The notes under the pieces were generated by a model, which had not been told where the DNA came from, did no database searches, and saw only the letters and a program-made list of their open reading frames with translations. The position numbers were made by a program, and so were the translations under genes. DNA of 63,878 bases, counting the filler, from Octopus bimaculoides (Eukaryota): NCBI RefSeq assembly GCF_001194135.2. It is 4 parts of 4 records of this genome, joined end to end, with 100 filler letters (N's around TTAATTAATTAA, not from the genome) between each part and the next. Parts side by side here need not be neighbours in the genome. Positions count along the whole stretch, not along the records: positions 24,781 to 47,340 come from NC_068990.1; positions 47,441 to 62,694 come from NC_069003.1; 2 more parts are not named here. The stretch is one strand, 5' to 3'. The stretch's first letter is position 1; each line of letters starts with the position of its first letter. Shown here piece after piece: positions 39,984 to 50,631 of this stretch.

Positions 39984-40558
39984 AACCTAATGAAAGTGCC
40001 AACAACTTCACAATCTACTTATGAAACGTGCTTATTACAAAATTCTCTGTTGTTAAGTAATTTGCCACCTATGGTATTAGTTTCACCAAACCAGTCAACT
40101 AGTTAGTTAGCAGTCTGATGTGGAAGCTGAAATTAGTCTTAACGACAGACAGATTCTAACCAACAATTTTAAATTGAAAAATAAAATCTGTTAGCATGCT
40201 AATGGTCAACTTACTGCTTTAGTTAGATTACTTCAGTGGTTGGAACAGACCCTCCACTGAATTGCAGATATTATGGCCTTGAAAAATTTGTTGGATGATT
40301 ATAAAAGGGATAAGTAATTAACTTAGCTAGAATTGTCAAATAAAGTGAAGAGCAAGGAATATTAGATAACTAGAATTTGTCAGGAGCAAAACGTCTTTAC
40401 GAAGGAAGTCAAATATTGTTACATATAAACTGAGTTCAGGTACCAATGCAGCTGTATATGTCTTGCAAATAAAATAACCATCAGTAGTATACTGTAATTA
40501 AATCGATCATCCTTATCCTCTCTCTCTGCAGAGAGAGAGAGTGAGAGAGAGATTGTGT

Positions 40559-41010
40559 TGTAAAAGTTTGATAGTTGTAATAGAGACATTAGTCTCTCTC
40601 TATCACCTTTCAACAGCATTATATATTAAGGAACAGTAGAACAATATAACAACATAATAAAAATAAATTTTATTTTTGATGATGCTTGGTTATATAAATC
40701 CTGTGTCACTCAGCTTAGCAGCCGCTGATTACGTTGTAGCTGGTATTGGAAAGTTAAGAGCTTCCTTGATGCCTGCCAGAGAAGCAAGTAGCTATCACCA
40801 TCGAAGGCATCGAGGTGAAGAGTGCTTCGTTGAGGAGCGAGGAGTTGTCACGTAGAAGGTCTCTCGCTCAACTGACTTAGAAAGTGAAACAACTCTTTAA
40901 GTACTAGTTTTACTACGCATGCGCACTCGAGGGGCTTCCGGTGGTGAAGTCCCTTGCGCATGCGCAGAATAGTACTTCCTCAATGGCGGCTATAATTTCG
41001 TGCCACTACA
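40559..41010 (-). mobile_element. solo LTR (452 bp), same family, 4-bp TSD GTGT
   Basis: gtgt|tgtaaaag ... ccactaca|gtgt; extra internal segment relative to the first copy. Confidence 0.8.
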
Positions 41011-42050
41011 GTGTGAATGTGTTGGGGTGTTGGTAAATAAAATGCAACAGCTGTGCAAGGGAGATAAGTTATTTCTCAATAATCTGTGTAGTGTTGGTTA
41101 TTTGAAACACTTGTTGCTCTTCTGTATACTATACTAGAAAATTTGGGAAAAAGTTTTTTTGTGTGGCCATGAATAATATATTATTGAACACAAACAGGCA
41201 GAATCCATGGTGAACGTAGGACAATAGCTTGTGGAATATCTTCATTGAAAATGTCAAAGTGGTTCATTGACATATAAAATAAAACATTCAAGTTATTAAA
41301 AAAAATAGTCTTTAATTGCTAATCATTGTATTTATTTCTTATATTAATGTAAATACTTATGTTAGTAGGATCATTGACTATTTTGATTTGTGGTATCTCA
41401 TTAAACAGATTCAATTTTAGCTGAAACAGTCAGTCACACTCTCTATTTGCTTGTCTCTTAGAGTTTTATCTCTAACTCAATTGTTTACTCAGGGTGTTGA
41501 CCAGCATTTGAGTGTTACAGAGGTAGGGAGGTATTGACTGGTGACCACTTGTTGCTGTCAGTAGTGCTGACTAGTAGCCGAGTATTACTACAGGTGGTAG
41601 TTAAGAGTTACTAGAGTTACTTTCTCCTATATCTAATTTTTATTTATAAATGTGAAATGGCCAGGTTCACAACAAATGGATCTCTCAGCTTGTAGGCTAC
41701 TTGTTTAAGTTTTCTGCATGTATTTTGTTATATTTTTAGAGCACTATATTCTATTCTACATTGTCCCAGTTAACCTAACTATCAGCAGTAGGTTACAGAT
41801 GACTTTTACATGTGATAAATTTCTAATTTTTTAATGCTGTAAAGTAGGAACTAAATACTAGCCCTTAAAACCCTTTTGAGGTATAGAAAGCTTAACATTA
41901 AAACATTTAGTTGGAAACAGATTGTATGCCTTAACATCTCTTCTGCTTGCTTTTGTAAATTTAAGCCTGCAGAATTCTCTGGAAATGAACTTCCATATTT
42001 ATTATGATAATTCATTGTTTGTATTTTGTTTTTATCTACTTGTTTGTTAG

Positions 42051-42155
42051 TATGCTGCTGTGGATCGATCTGGTCAGTGTATTGCAGTGGCTGGTAAAAC
42101 AGGACTTGCACACTATGCGTTACGTAAATGGAAACTGTTTGGTAATGAGACACAG
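42051..42155 (+). CDS. RIC1: RIC1 coding exon, 105 nt: [35 protein letters not shown]
   Basis: gttAG/GTaag; matches [37 protein letters not shown]. Confidence 0.95.
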
Positions 42156-42189
42156 GTAAGAAATATTATTGATGAAAAACTGAGATCGC

Positions 42190-42674
42190 TTAACCCTTTT
42201 GATACCAACCTGCCTGAGACTGCTCCGTATTCTGTGATGCAAATTTCATGTTTTAAAGTGATCTAAATCAAAATCTTCCATCAAAATCCAATGTTGATTT
42301 ATGCCCAAACACTAGTTTGATAATTTTACTAAATATTTCATTATTTTCTAGATTAATTGAAACAAAGACAGTGTATTTCACCAGAAATATGGTAACAAAC
42401 TGGCTAAATTGTCTTCCTATAAACTGTTAAAAACCATTTTTTCTTTAACTCTTTTGTTACCATATTTCTGTTGAGATGCTCTGTGTTTCTTTCAATTAAT
42501 TTTAAATATAACAAAAAATTTTGTAAAATAACTTAGTTATCATTAAACTAGTGTTAGGAATATAAATTGTGACTAAGGTTTAGTGGAAGATTTTAATTCA
42601 GAACTTTTGAAAACAAGACATTTATACTACGGAACCAGAGGCAGTTTTAGCTGGGTTGGTATCAAAAGGGTTAA
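42190..42674. mobile_element. two piggyBac-like MITE copies in inverted orientation
   Basis: ttaacccttttgataccaacc at the left end and ggttggtatcaaaagggttaa at the right end; inner ends at about 42410 and 42446. Confidence 0.75.
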
Positions 42675-43543
42675 ACTGATATTTCCAACTCATTACAAGA
42701 TTGTAATGTAACACTCATTACAAGATTGTAATGTAACCCAGTTTTGTTGACATTTTTATATATTTTCTCTCTGATGCAAGTTGTCTTTGGTGCTATAAAG
42801 AAGCACAATTATATGTTATCTCTACTACTTACAGTAATGATCTGTGCACCACCAAGGGCCCTATTGTTAAACCTCTGTTCAATGAGGCCATTAATTCAGG
42901 AAACAAAGTGCAACATTAGTAATAGAATATGAACTATTAATCTTATTTCTATAATGACAGCCACTTAAAGTATACCCAGTTGTAACTTTTAATTTAACAA
43001 ATAGTATATTTGGTAGAAATTACAGTGTTATATGCTACAGAACCAGATAAATGCTGATTTCTGAGTTCATAAGATTTAAATCTTTGAGACATTAGTAGTT
43101 TGTATCCTCTTACTGCCACTACATAGTCTTTGGCCAAGACACTTAAATCTCAAATGTCTTATTATCTTCCTAGCTGGAAATTACAATTCAAACATAGGTA
43201 GCATTGTAAAATTGAGGAGTGTAACATCAGATTGAAGTGTTGAGTTCAACTTGTAGCACATTTCTTGGAGAGAAATGTTCTACACCAGTTTAAATTTAAC
43301 ATTTCCTCCAAATACACGACACCGATACAACCTTGTGTAATGCTTCCATGAACCACTCATTGGAGTTATGAATATTTCCCTGTGAATTATTCTGAACAAG
43401 GACCAGTATCAAGATACCCAACTGTAAATTGTTTCCTTTTAAACATAACTGAAAGACCATTCATTTCTGTAGAAGAAATCAATATTAGAACTTTTATTAA
43501 ATTAAATTTTTTTTTCTTTCCTCTTTATTTTCTTTTTTTGTAG

Positions 43544-43633
43544 GAGAGAGATCTGGTGGTATTTGGTGGCTTAACATGGTGGAAAGACTTTATCTGTGTA
43601 GCTTGCAATAACTTAGTATCACATAAAGATGAG
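43544..43633 (+). CDS. RIC1: RIC1 coding exon, 90 nt: ERDLVVFGGLTWWKDFICVACNNLVSHKDE
   Basis: long pyrimidine tract + tgtAG, GTttgt donor; matches [30 protein letters not shown]. Confidence 0.95.
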
Positions 43634-46423
43634 GTTTGTGCATTCAATTTCTCTTGATTTATATATATATATCTATATATATATATATATATATATNNNN
43701 NNNNNNNNNNNNNNNNNNNNNNNNNNNNNNNNNNNNNNNNNNNNNNNNNNNNNNNNNNNNNNNNNNNNNNNNNNNNNNNNNNNNNNNNNNNNNNNNNNNN
43801 NNNNNNNCGCTCTTCCGATCTTTTCTGCACAATCTGAGAGGTGTTGTTATACCTTATGTTTTTAAGGTTTTCCAGACATTAAGATTAACTAGATTAGGAG
43901 GAAATGAGAGTTTCAGAAAGTTGTAGGTAGTATTGAGGAAGGAAAATGAGAGAAATGTTTAGTTTGAAGCATGGAGAATAAAAATCACTGAAAATGGTGA
44001 GAAAAAGGAAAATAGATATATGAAAGAGATTTATGTGGTAGTCATTAAGTTTAGTGGACAAAGAAAAGTGAGTCATAAGATAGCCTTAATGTTTTACCAG
44101 TTATTTTAGTATGAGGGCTTGTTTATTGGGACGGGGTGGGGGTGATCTTGGATGGGTGTTGTGATGAAATATGAAACTAATGTTGGTGAGGATGGCATAA
44201 GTGTAGATAGCTTTATGGTACATAGCTCAATGCACTACTGTTCTGAGTTCAAATTCCAGTGCTCTTTGTTTTCCATTATTCCAAAGGAACGATAAATTAG
44301 TAGAATCATTAATGTCAGAAGAAAATGCTGTGCAGTATTTCTTCAGGCTTGTTACAGTCAGTTCAAATACCACTAAGGCTAATTTTTGCTTTTCATCCAT
44401 CCGAGGTAGGTAAAATAAAAGGTACCAGTCAAATATGGGGATTGGTATAATTCACTGTTACCTCTCCCCAATTTTAGGCCTTTGTGCCTACGTTAGAAAC
44501 GAATATAACCAAAGGCTAACATTTCAATTTGTGCATTTTTTAGAATCAACTTACAGTCAAAATAGTGGTAATTACTTTAATGCAAAAATTTAGTTTACAA
44601 ACTTTCCGATTTTTGTAGGAGTTCATTTAGGTTGGCAATGGAAGTGATAAATGTTCCGAGGTTGCCTTGCACTTTCTAAAACAGAAAGTCTGTTAATACT
44701 TGCCTTAACTGTTATTAGAAGGTTAATACAACAGCAAAGTTTATATGAAATGATCTTTCATTGTAAATATTACAAAATCTGTTATTGTAAATATATAAGG
44801 GATTCCTGATTAGCTTTCATCAAGTTCCCCATAAATAAATGCTTTAGAGCACGTCTAACAAAACAAGTAATTTGATAAGTTGAATTTCAAACAGTTAATT
44901 TTTTTTAGATTTAAGGGAAGTAATTAAAGTAAGGGAAGCAACTCCTTTGACGAAGGGAGGTTACTTTTTATAACTCAGTTCATGCACTAGAGTACAAATA
45001 TATTTTTACCCATATTTAATGTTAATTACAAGCACGGAAAAGCCCCGGAAACTAAGCAAGAATAAAATGCTATGCCCTACAAACTATGATAGGTTTAAAT
45101 CTAGATACAAACTACTGTATTTAAATGCATGAATTTTATATTACAAGGTCTGCCTTTTAAACTCTTATGTTAAATGTATTGATCCCGATTTCATTACAGT
45201 CACAGAAACATTCTTTATTCTACGATGGTGTTTTTAGCATGGCTGGCTACAGCATATTCCGGAAAGATCGCTCTAATCGCTGTTGGTTGGTATGATTGTC
45301 TATGTCCACTAAAGCTTTTCAGCAATTTCTTTTGACGACTTGAATCAGGTGCTGCAAGAAATATTTTTCTGCGATATTTATGTAAGCACATCAACACTTC
45401 TATTTGGAGATGTTTACCTTCGAAACTGCCATCAAGACAGGACTTCAGAATTAGAATTAATCACAATGAAAGAGAAAAGAGAGTCTGGAGAAGTAATGTG
45501 TGGAAACTAAAAGAGCACTGCTAAATATACATTTAAAGTGACTGTAGATGATGTGTATGGTAAAAGGCAGAACAACTTGGAATTTCTACAAGATAATCTG
45601 CTGAAAGGTACAGACCAGATCTTTGGTTGGAGTTAAGGCACCAGTTGGGGGAAAAGTAATGAGTTGGCAGAGAGTTATCTTGGATAGAGCCCGAAGAGCT
45701 AAATGACAGACCTAGAAAGAATGGAATAAAGTGAGCAGCAAAAAGCAACATCATGTCACCAGCAGAGAAGCTAGAGAACAAGTGTGGAGAGAAGTGAAAA
45801 GGTTTGTTGGTGTTCAGCACCGTAAGGATAAGAGGCATGAGGTGATCTCAATTGCATAGCAGTGTGTCAAGTTCAATCAAAATGTTATTGGGGAAATTGT
45901 ATTCAAATAGAGTGGTGTTCTTTCTCTAAATGATAAGAAAACAGCCTGGAGATATTATTATGTGAATGCTTATCAAAGCTGTTCATTGTTCACTAGACTA
46001 AGGGAAATACTACCTTCCTTGAAATAAGGGAGGGTAGGTGACAGGAAGAGCATCCAGCCTCAAAAATCTGCCTTAACAAAATTACTTCTTGATAAATGCA
46101 AGTACGGTGATGATGATAATTGAGGAAAAAAACAGAAGATGGATTTAGTACAAATCTTTTTTCATCACGATGATTGTTTCAACCTATCTTGTGTCAAAGA
46201 TTCGTATTATATCCATCTTCTGTTTCCTTCATCAATTATAAACTCAACAAATACTGCAGATTTTCTGACTTACATCCAGTAAAAATTATATCATTACTGT
46301 GGATGACATCAGTTAGCCCAAATGGTGAATGTGCTTCAATTGACATACTGATAGACATACACCCAAAGTATACCAAAGTAGTTATATATGTATATATATT
46401 TAATACTTATCCTTTCATTTCAG

Positions 46424-46589
46424 ATTCGCTGCTACCCTCGCTCCAGTAAATTAGACAATGCATTTGCATGTGTTATGAAAGTTCAATCCAGGGTTCTACT
46501 TCTCAATACTTTTGGAGACATACTAATTATTTTTTGTGAGGACTCCCATATCATTCTTTATAAACTGGAACGAAAAAATGGAACAGCAT
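46424..46589 (+). CDS. RIC1: RIC1 coding exon (last visible), 166 nt: IRCYPRSSKLDNAFACVMKVQSRVLLLNTFGDILIIFCEDSHIILYKLERKNGTA
   Basis: tttcAG/GTgagt; matches LRVYLRTSNLDNAFAHVTK...ICLYSIERK; ends in phase 1. Confidence 0.95.
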
Positions 46590-47070
46590 GTGAGTTTACT
46601 GATTTTTTTGCTTGTTATTTGTGCATGTAAATATCTCGCGTAAGTTGAATTTATAAATTCAGTAAAACAAAGGTAGTTATATTGAATAAAGTTGCTTGAA
46701 GTTGTCCATCTAAAGTTGATTATTGAGTGTGCATGCAGAGCATAGTCAGACATGCAAACATACACATGCTTACCTTAGACTCAGCATCAAAGCATTTATG
46801 CACACTGATAGGGAAAATGCATACAGATGTATGAAGAATATACAAATGTATTTCAATGGATAAGCACTCTCACTTGTACAGTTGTACATGAATATATATT
46901 TACATGTATCGAAATAATACTAATGCATTACCATGAATTCACAAACTTAGATGTCCTCCTACATTTATGTGTTACATAACTATACCAGAATATACTTTAC
47001 ATTTATCATTAATAGTCAGTTTCATTAATCATTTCTGATGAAACCCTTTATATGTATGTATCATGATGAT

Positions 47071-47106
<36 letters not shown>

Positions 47107-47108
47107 CA

Positions 47109-47158
<50 letters not shown>

Positions 47159-47164
47159 CATACA

Positions 47165-47200
<36 letters not shown>

Positions 47201-47340
47201 TATACACATACATACATACATACATATATATATATACACATACATACATACATACATATATATATATATATACACATACATACATACATACATATATATA
47301 TATATACACATACATACATACATACATATATATATATATA

Positions 47341-47440
47341 NNNNNNNNNNNNNNNNNNNNNNNNNNNNNNNNNNNNNNNNNNNNTTAATTAATTAANNNN
47401 NNNNNNNNNNNNNNNNNNNNNNNNNNNNNNNNNNNNNNNN
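47341..47440. other. artificial contig-join spacer
   Basis: 44 N + TTAATTAATTAA + 44 N. Confidence 0.95.
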
Positions 47441-47760
47441 GTTTGCGCCCTGTCGACCAGTTTATCGATGACAAGCGCCAACCTCTCGGCTATTACTTTG
47501 GCCAAAATTTTCAAGTCTGCGTTGAGCAGAGTGATGGGCCTGAAATTATCTATAAAATTCCCCTTGTTTGGGTCTTTCTTCAGCAATGTCACTGCACCTC
47601 GGCTCACGAAACCGGGAATTCTCCCGTTTTGTTGCCAGTTGCAGTAGACTGATGCCAAGAGGTCGCCAAACAAGTCTGGCATTTGACAATACAGCTCGTA
47701 GGGTAGACCATCCAATCCAGGTGACTTATCCCTCGCGCAGCCCGCCATAGCATCCCTTAA
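47441..47760 (-). mobile_element. L1/Tx1-type non-LTR retrotransposon ORF2 (RT N-terminal part), 5'-truncated, running into the gap
   Basis: open frame KSPGLDGLPYELY...GAVTLLKK...NFRPITLLNADLKILAKVIAERL; no stops; CpG-rich. Confidence 0.9.
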
Positions 47761-48041
47761 TAGATAGATTGATACGTAGATAGATAGATAGATATAAAAT
47801 ATGAGACATCAAACGGGTCCCCTGTTAAGCCCTTTACTCTTGTAAGCTGAAAAGCGACAACATAAATGTTAGTCTCACGAAAAAAAGTATCATTACGGTC
47901 TTAGGAAGGGCAGACACTGGGGAAGGACGCAGTTTTATGACTTGGACCCTATTGAACCGTCTAACCCATGCCAACTTACAAAATAGGACGTTAAATGATG
48001 AAGATGATGTATAAGTGTGAAAGTATATGATCTTATGTGTA

Positions 48042-48240
48042 CGCATGGCTCAGTGCTTAGAGCATCGGGCTCACAATCATGAGGTAGTGAGTTCGATTCT
48101 CAGACTTGGCTGTGGTGTGTTCTTGAGCAAGTCACTTTATTTCACGTTGCTCCAGTTTAATCATCGGCAGAAATGAGTTGCAACGTCACTGGTGCCCAAG
48201 CTGTATCGGCCCCTTTGCGTTTCTTTTGCATAACATCGAT
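48042..48240 (+). mobile_element. tRNA-derived SINE; related copies at 31170-31480 (+) and 61590-61880 (-)
   Basis: gcatggctcagtg.ttagagc...gagttcgattc head then gtgttcttgagcaag.cactt. Confidence 0.7.
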
Positions 48241-48252
48241 GGCATGCTATGC

Positions 48253-49596
48253 AAGGGGTCACAAAGCAGCTTTCACATAATAACCAAATCTCCTTCAAAT
48301 CTTTATAGTAAGCCTAATGATTGAAATAGATTTCAATATCTTAATTTTCTCATTAAGATGTTGCTGCTTTCATGACCCAGTAGGTAAGGGTGATCAGAAG
48401 TGGAAGCTTCAAGTTTCTGCCAGGAATTACAAGGGACCTTATTAAATATTTTTTTAAAGCAACCAGTTTTCCCTCAACAAAAGGATTGTGTGTGACTGTG
48501 TGTCNNNNNNNNNNNNNNNNNNNNNNNNNNNNNNNNNNNNNNNNNNNNNNNNNNNNNNNNNNNNNNNNNNNNNNNNNNNNNNNNNNNNNNNNNNNNNNNN
48601 NNNNNNNNNNNNNNNNNNNNNNNNNNNNNTTTCACATAATAACCAAATCTCCTTCAAATCTTTATAGTAAGCCTAATGATTGAAATAGATTTCAATATCT
48701 TAATTTTCTCATTAAGATGTTGCTGCTTTCATGACCCAGTAGGTAAGGGTGATCAGAAGTGGAAGCTTCAAGTTTCTGCCAGGAATTACATGGGGTCTCA
48801 TTAAATATTTTCATTTAAGCAACCAAATTACCCTGAACAAAAATATTGTATGTGAAGAAGTGGCCACAAGGCAGCCTTCACAGAGTAATCAAATTGCCAT
48901 CATATCTTTATGGTAATTCCATTAATTGAAATGAATTTAGATATCTTGATTTTATTAAAATTATTGATGATTTGGTAGCTCAGTAGGTATGGGTGTTGCA
49001 AAGTGGTAATATAACAAGTGGAGGTTTCAAATCTCTTCCAAGAATTACGAAGGTTCGTATTAAATACCATTATTTACGCAACCAAATTTCCCTCGGCAAA
49101 AAGATTGTCTGTGTGAAGAAGGGGCCACAAAGCAGCTTTGACATAGTAACCAAATCACCTCCAAATCTTTATAGTAAACCCAATAACTGAAATGAATTTA
49201 AATATCTTAATTTTCTTATAAAAATTGTTATTGCTTTGATGGCCCAATAGGTAAGGGTGTTTAGAAATAATAGCAAAATGCTCTAGTGGAGGTTTCAAAT
49301 CTCTGCCAGAAATTACAAGATGTCTTATTAAATATTTTTATCTAAGCAACCACATTTTCATCAACAAAAATATTGTGTGTGAAGAAGGGAGTCAAAAACA
49401 GCCTTGACATAGTAACCAAATCTCATTCAACTCTTTGTAGTAAGCCCAGTAATTGAAATAAATTTAAATATCTTCATTTTCACAGTAGAATTGTTGTTGC
49501 TTTTTGTGGCCTGAAAGGTCAGGATGTTTAGAAGTGGAGGTTTCAGATCTCTGCCAGGAATTACAAAAGACATTATTAAATACTTTTATTTAAGCA
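48253..49596. repeat. tandem array of ~250-265-bp diverged units, at least 5 copies, interrupted by gaps
   Basis: recurring gaagaaggggccacaaagcagcttt.acata.taaccaaatc anchor at about 48266, 48622 (in gap), 48871, 49132 and 49398. Confidence 0.9.
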
Positions 49597-49859
49597 NNNN
49601 NNNNNNNNNNNNNNNNNNNNNNNNNNNNNNNNNNNNNNNNNNNNNNNNNNNNNNNNNNNNNNNNNNNNNNNNNNNNNNNNNNNNNNNNNNNNNNNNTATA
49701 TATGTATGCATGTATATATATATATATACACTCATGTATTGCGTTGTGTTTCCTGTTTGCCCACCCAGGCCCGAAGATAGATAGATAGATGGTTAGACAG
49801 ACATCAATATATGCATGGATATATAGTCATATATATGTGTGTGCCTGTGTGTGTATACA

Positions 49860-49908
<49 letters not shown>

Positions 49909-50319
49909 GTCTATGTGTGTGTGTGTGTTTATGTATGTATATGTGGATATATGTGCATGAATGTATGCATAGGTATGTTTATGTATGTGTATTATGTATA
50001 TGTATATGTACATGTGTATATATGCGCTTATGTTTGTTTGTATGTATGTATGTATGTATGTATGCATGCACGCATGAATGTATCACAGCTGGATTTTCTT
50101 CCATCCATGAAGTCAAGATCTAACCGTAGCAAACCAGATCATGTTTTTACAATAAAATTTTGTTTCTATGTTTTATTGTTGCTTGACGAGGGTAGCACGG
50201 AGGGTCACTACGTAGTAGGATCTTTCGGATGTAATACACATTAGAAATGACAAAACAAAGAAACGCTAGAGTGTTAGGTTGGTCCGGGCACAGAAAACAT
50301 CTAAGTTTGCTTGTCCAAA

Positions 50320-50631
50320 CTAGGAAAATCCAATATAGTAAGTAACGAAAGAAGACATAGAAACAGGGAACAGAATAAACAACACTAGTTCTGTGGATTT
50401 GGCAGTATTTTTCGTGCTGAAGAGGGGATCTGTGTCAATTGAAAAAGGGGCGAGCAAATTCCCATATTTAGTAGGATTAAGATGATAGTTTTTAATCCTT
50501 GATAAGTGTACAGATTGTCTTTTAATGCGATTTAGACCAGCACCATAGTTAATAGCCTGAAGAGCCCCACTTAGCAAACTCGAAGACATCAACAGTTCCT
50601 GATGAACCAATAATTTTCGTGTCATTTTCAT
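50320..50631 (-). CDS. hypothetical 103-aa protein, or the terminal exon of an unidentified gene
   Basis: non-repetitive open frame with RIKR motif and hydrophobic C-terminus; AATAAA 143 nt after the stop; no recognised homolog. Confidence 0.3.
   Translation of the reverse strand: MKMTRKLLVHQELLMSSSLLSGALQAINYGAGLNRIKRQSVHLSRIKNYHLNPTKYGNLLAPFSIDTDPLFSTKNTAKSTELVLFILFPVSMSSFVTYYIGFS

Noticed and set aside
39586-41010. Single TRIM-like element with paired LTRs, or an H/ACA or C/D snoRNA pair
   Set aside because: Outer flanks differ (AACC vs GTGT) while each copy has its own TSD; no PBS; H, C and D boxes are not conserved between copies.
41851-42153. 100-aa minus-strand ORF
   Set aside because: Antisense shadow overlapping a RIC1 exon; no independent support.
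45533-45838. 101-aa minus-strand ORF
   Set aside because: Antisense to purine-rich sequence that looks like a decayed RTE linker fragment; not a credible gene.
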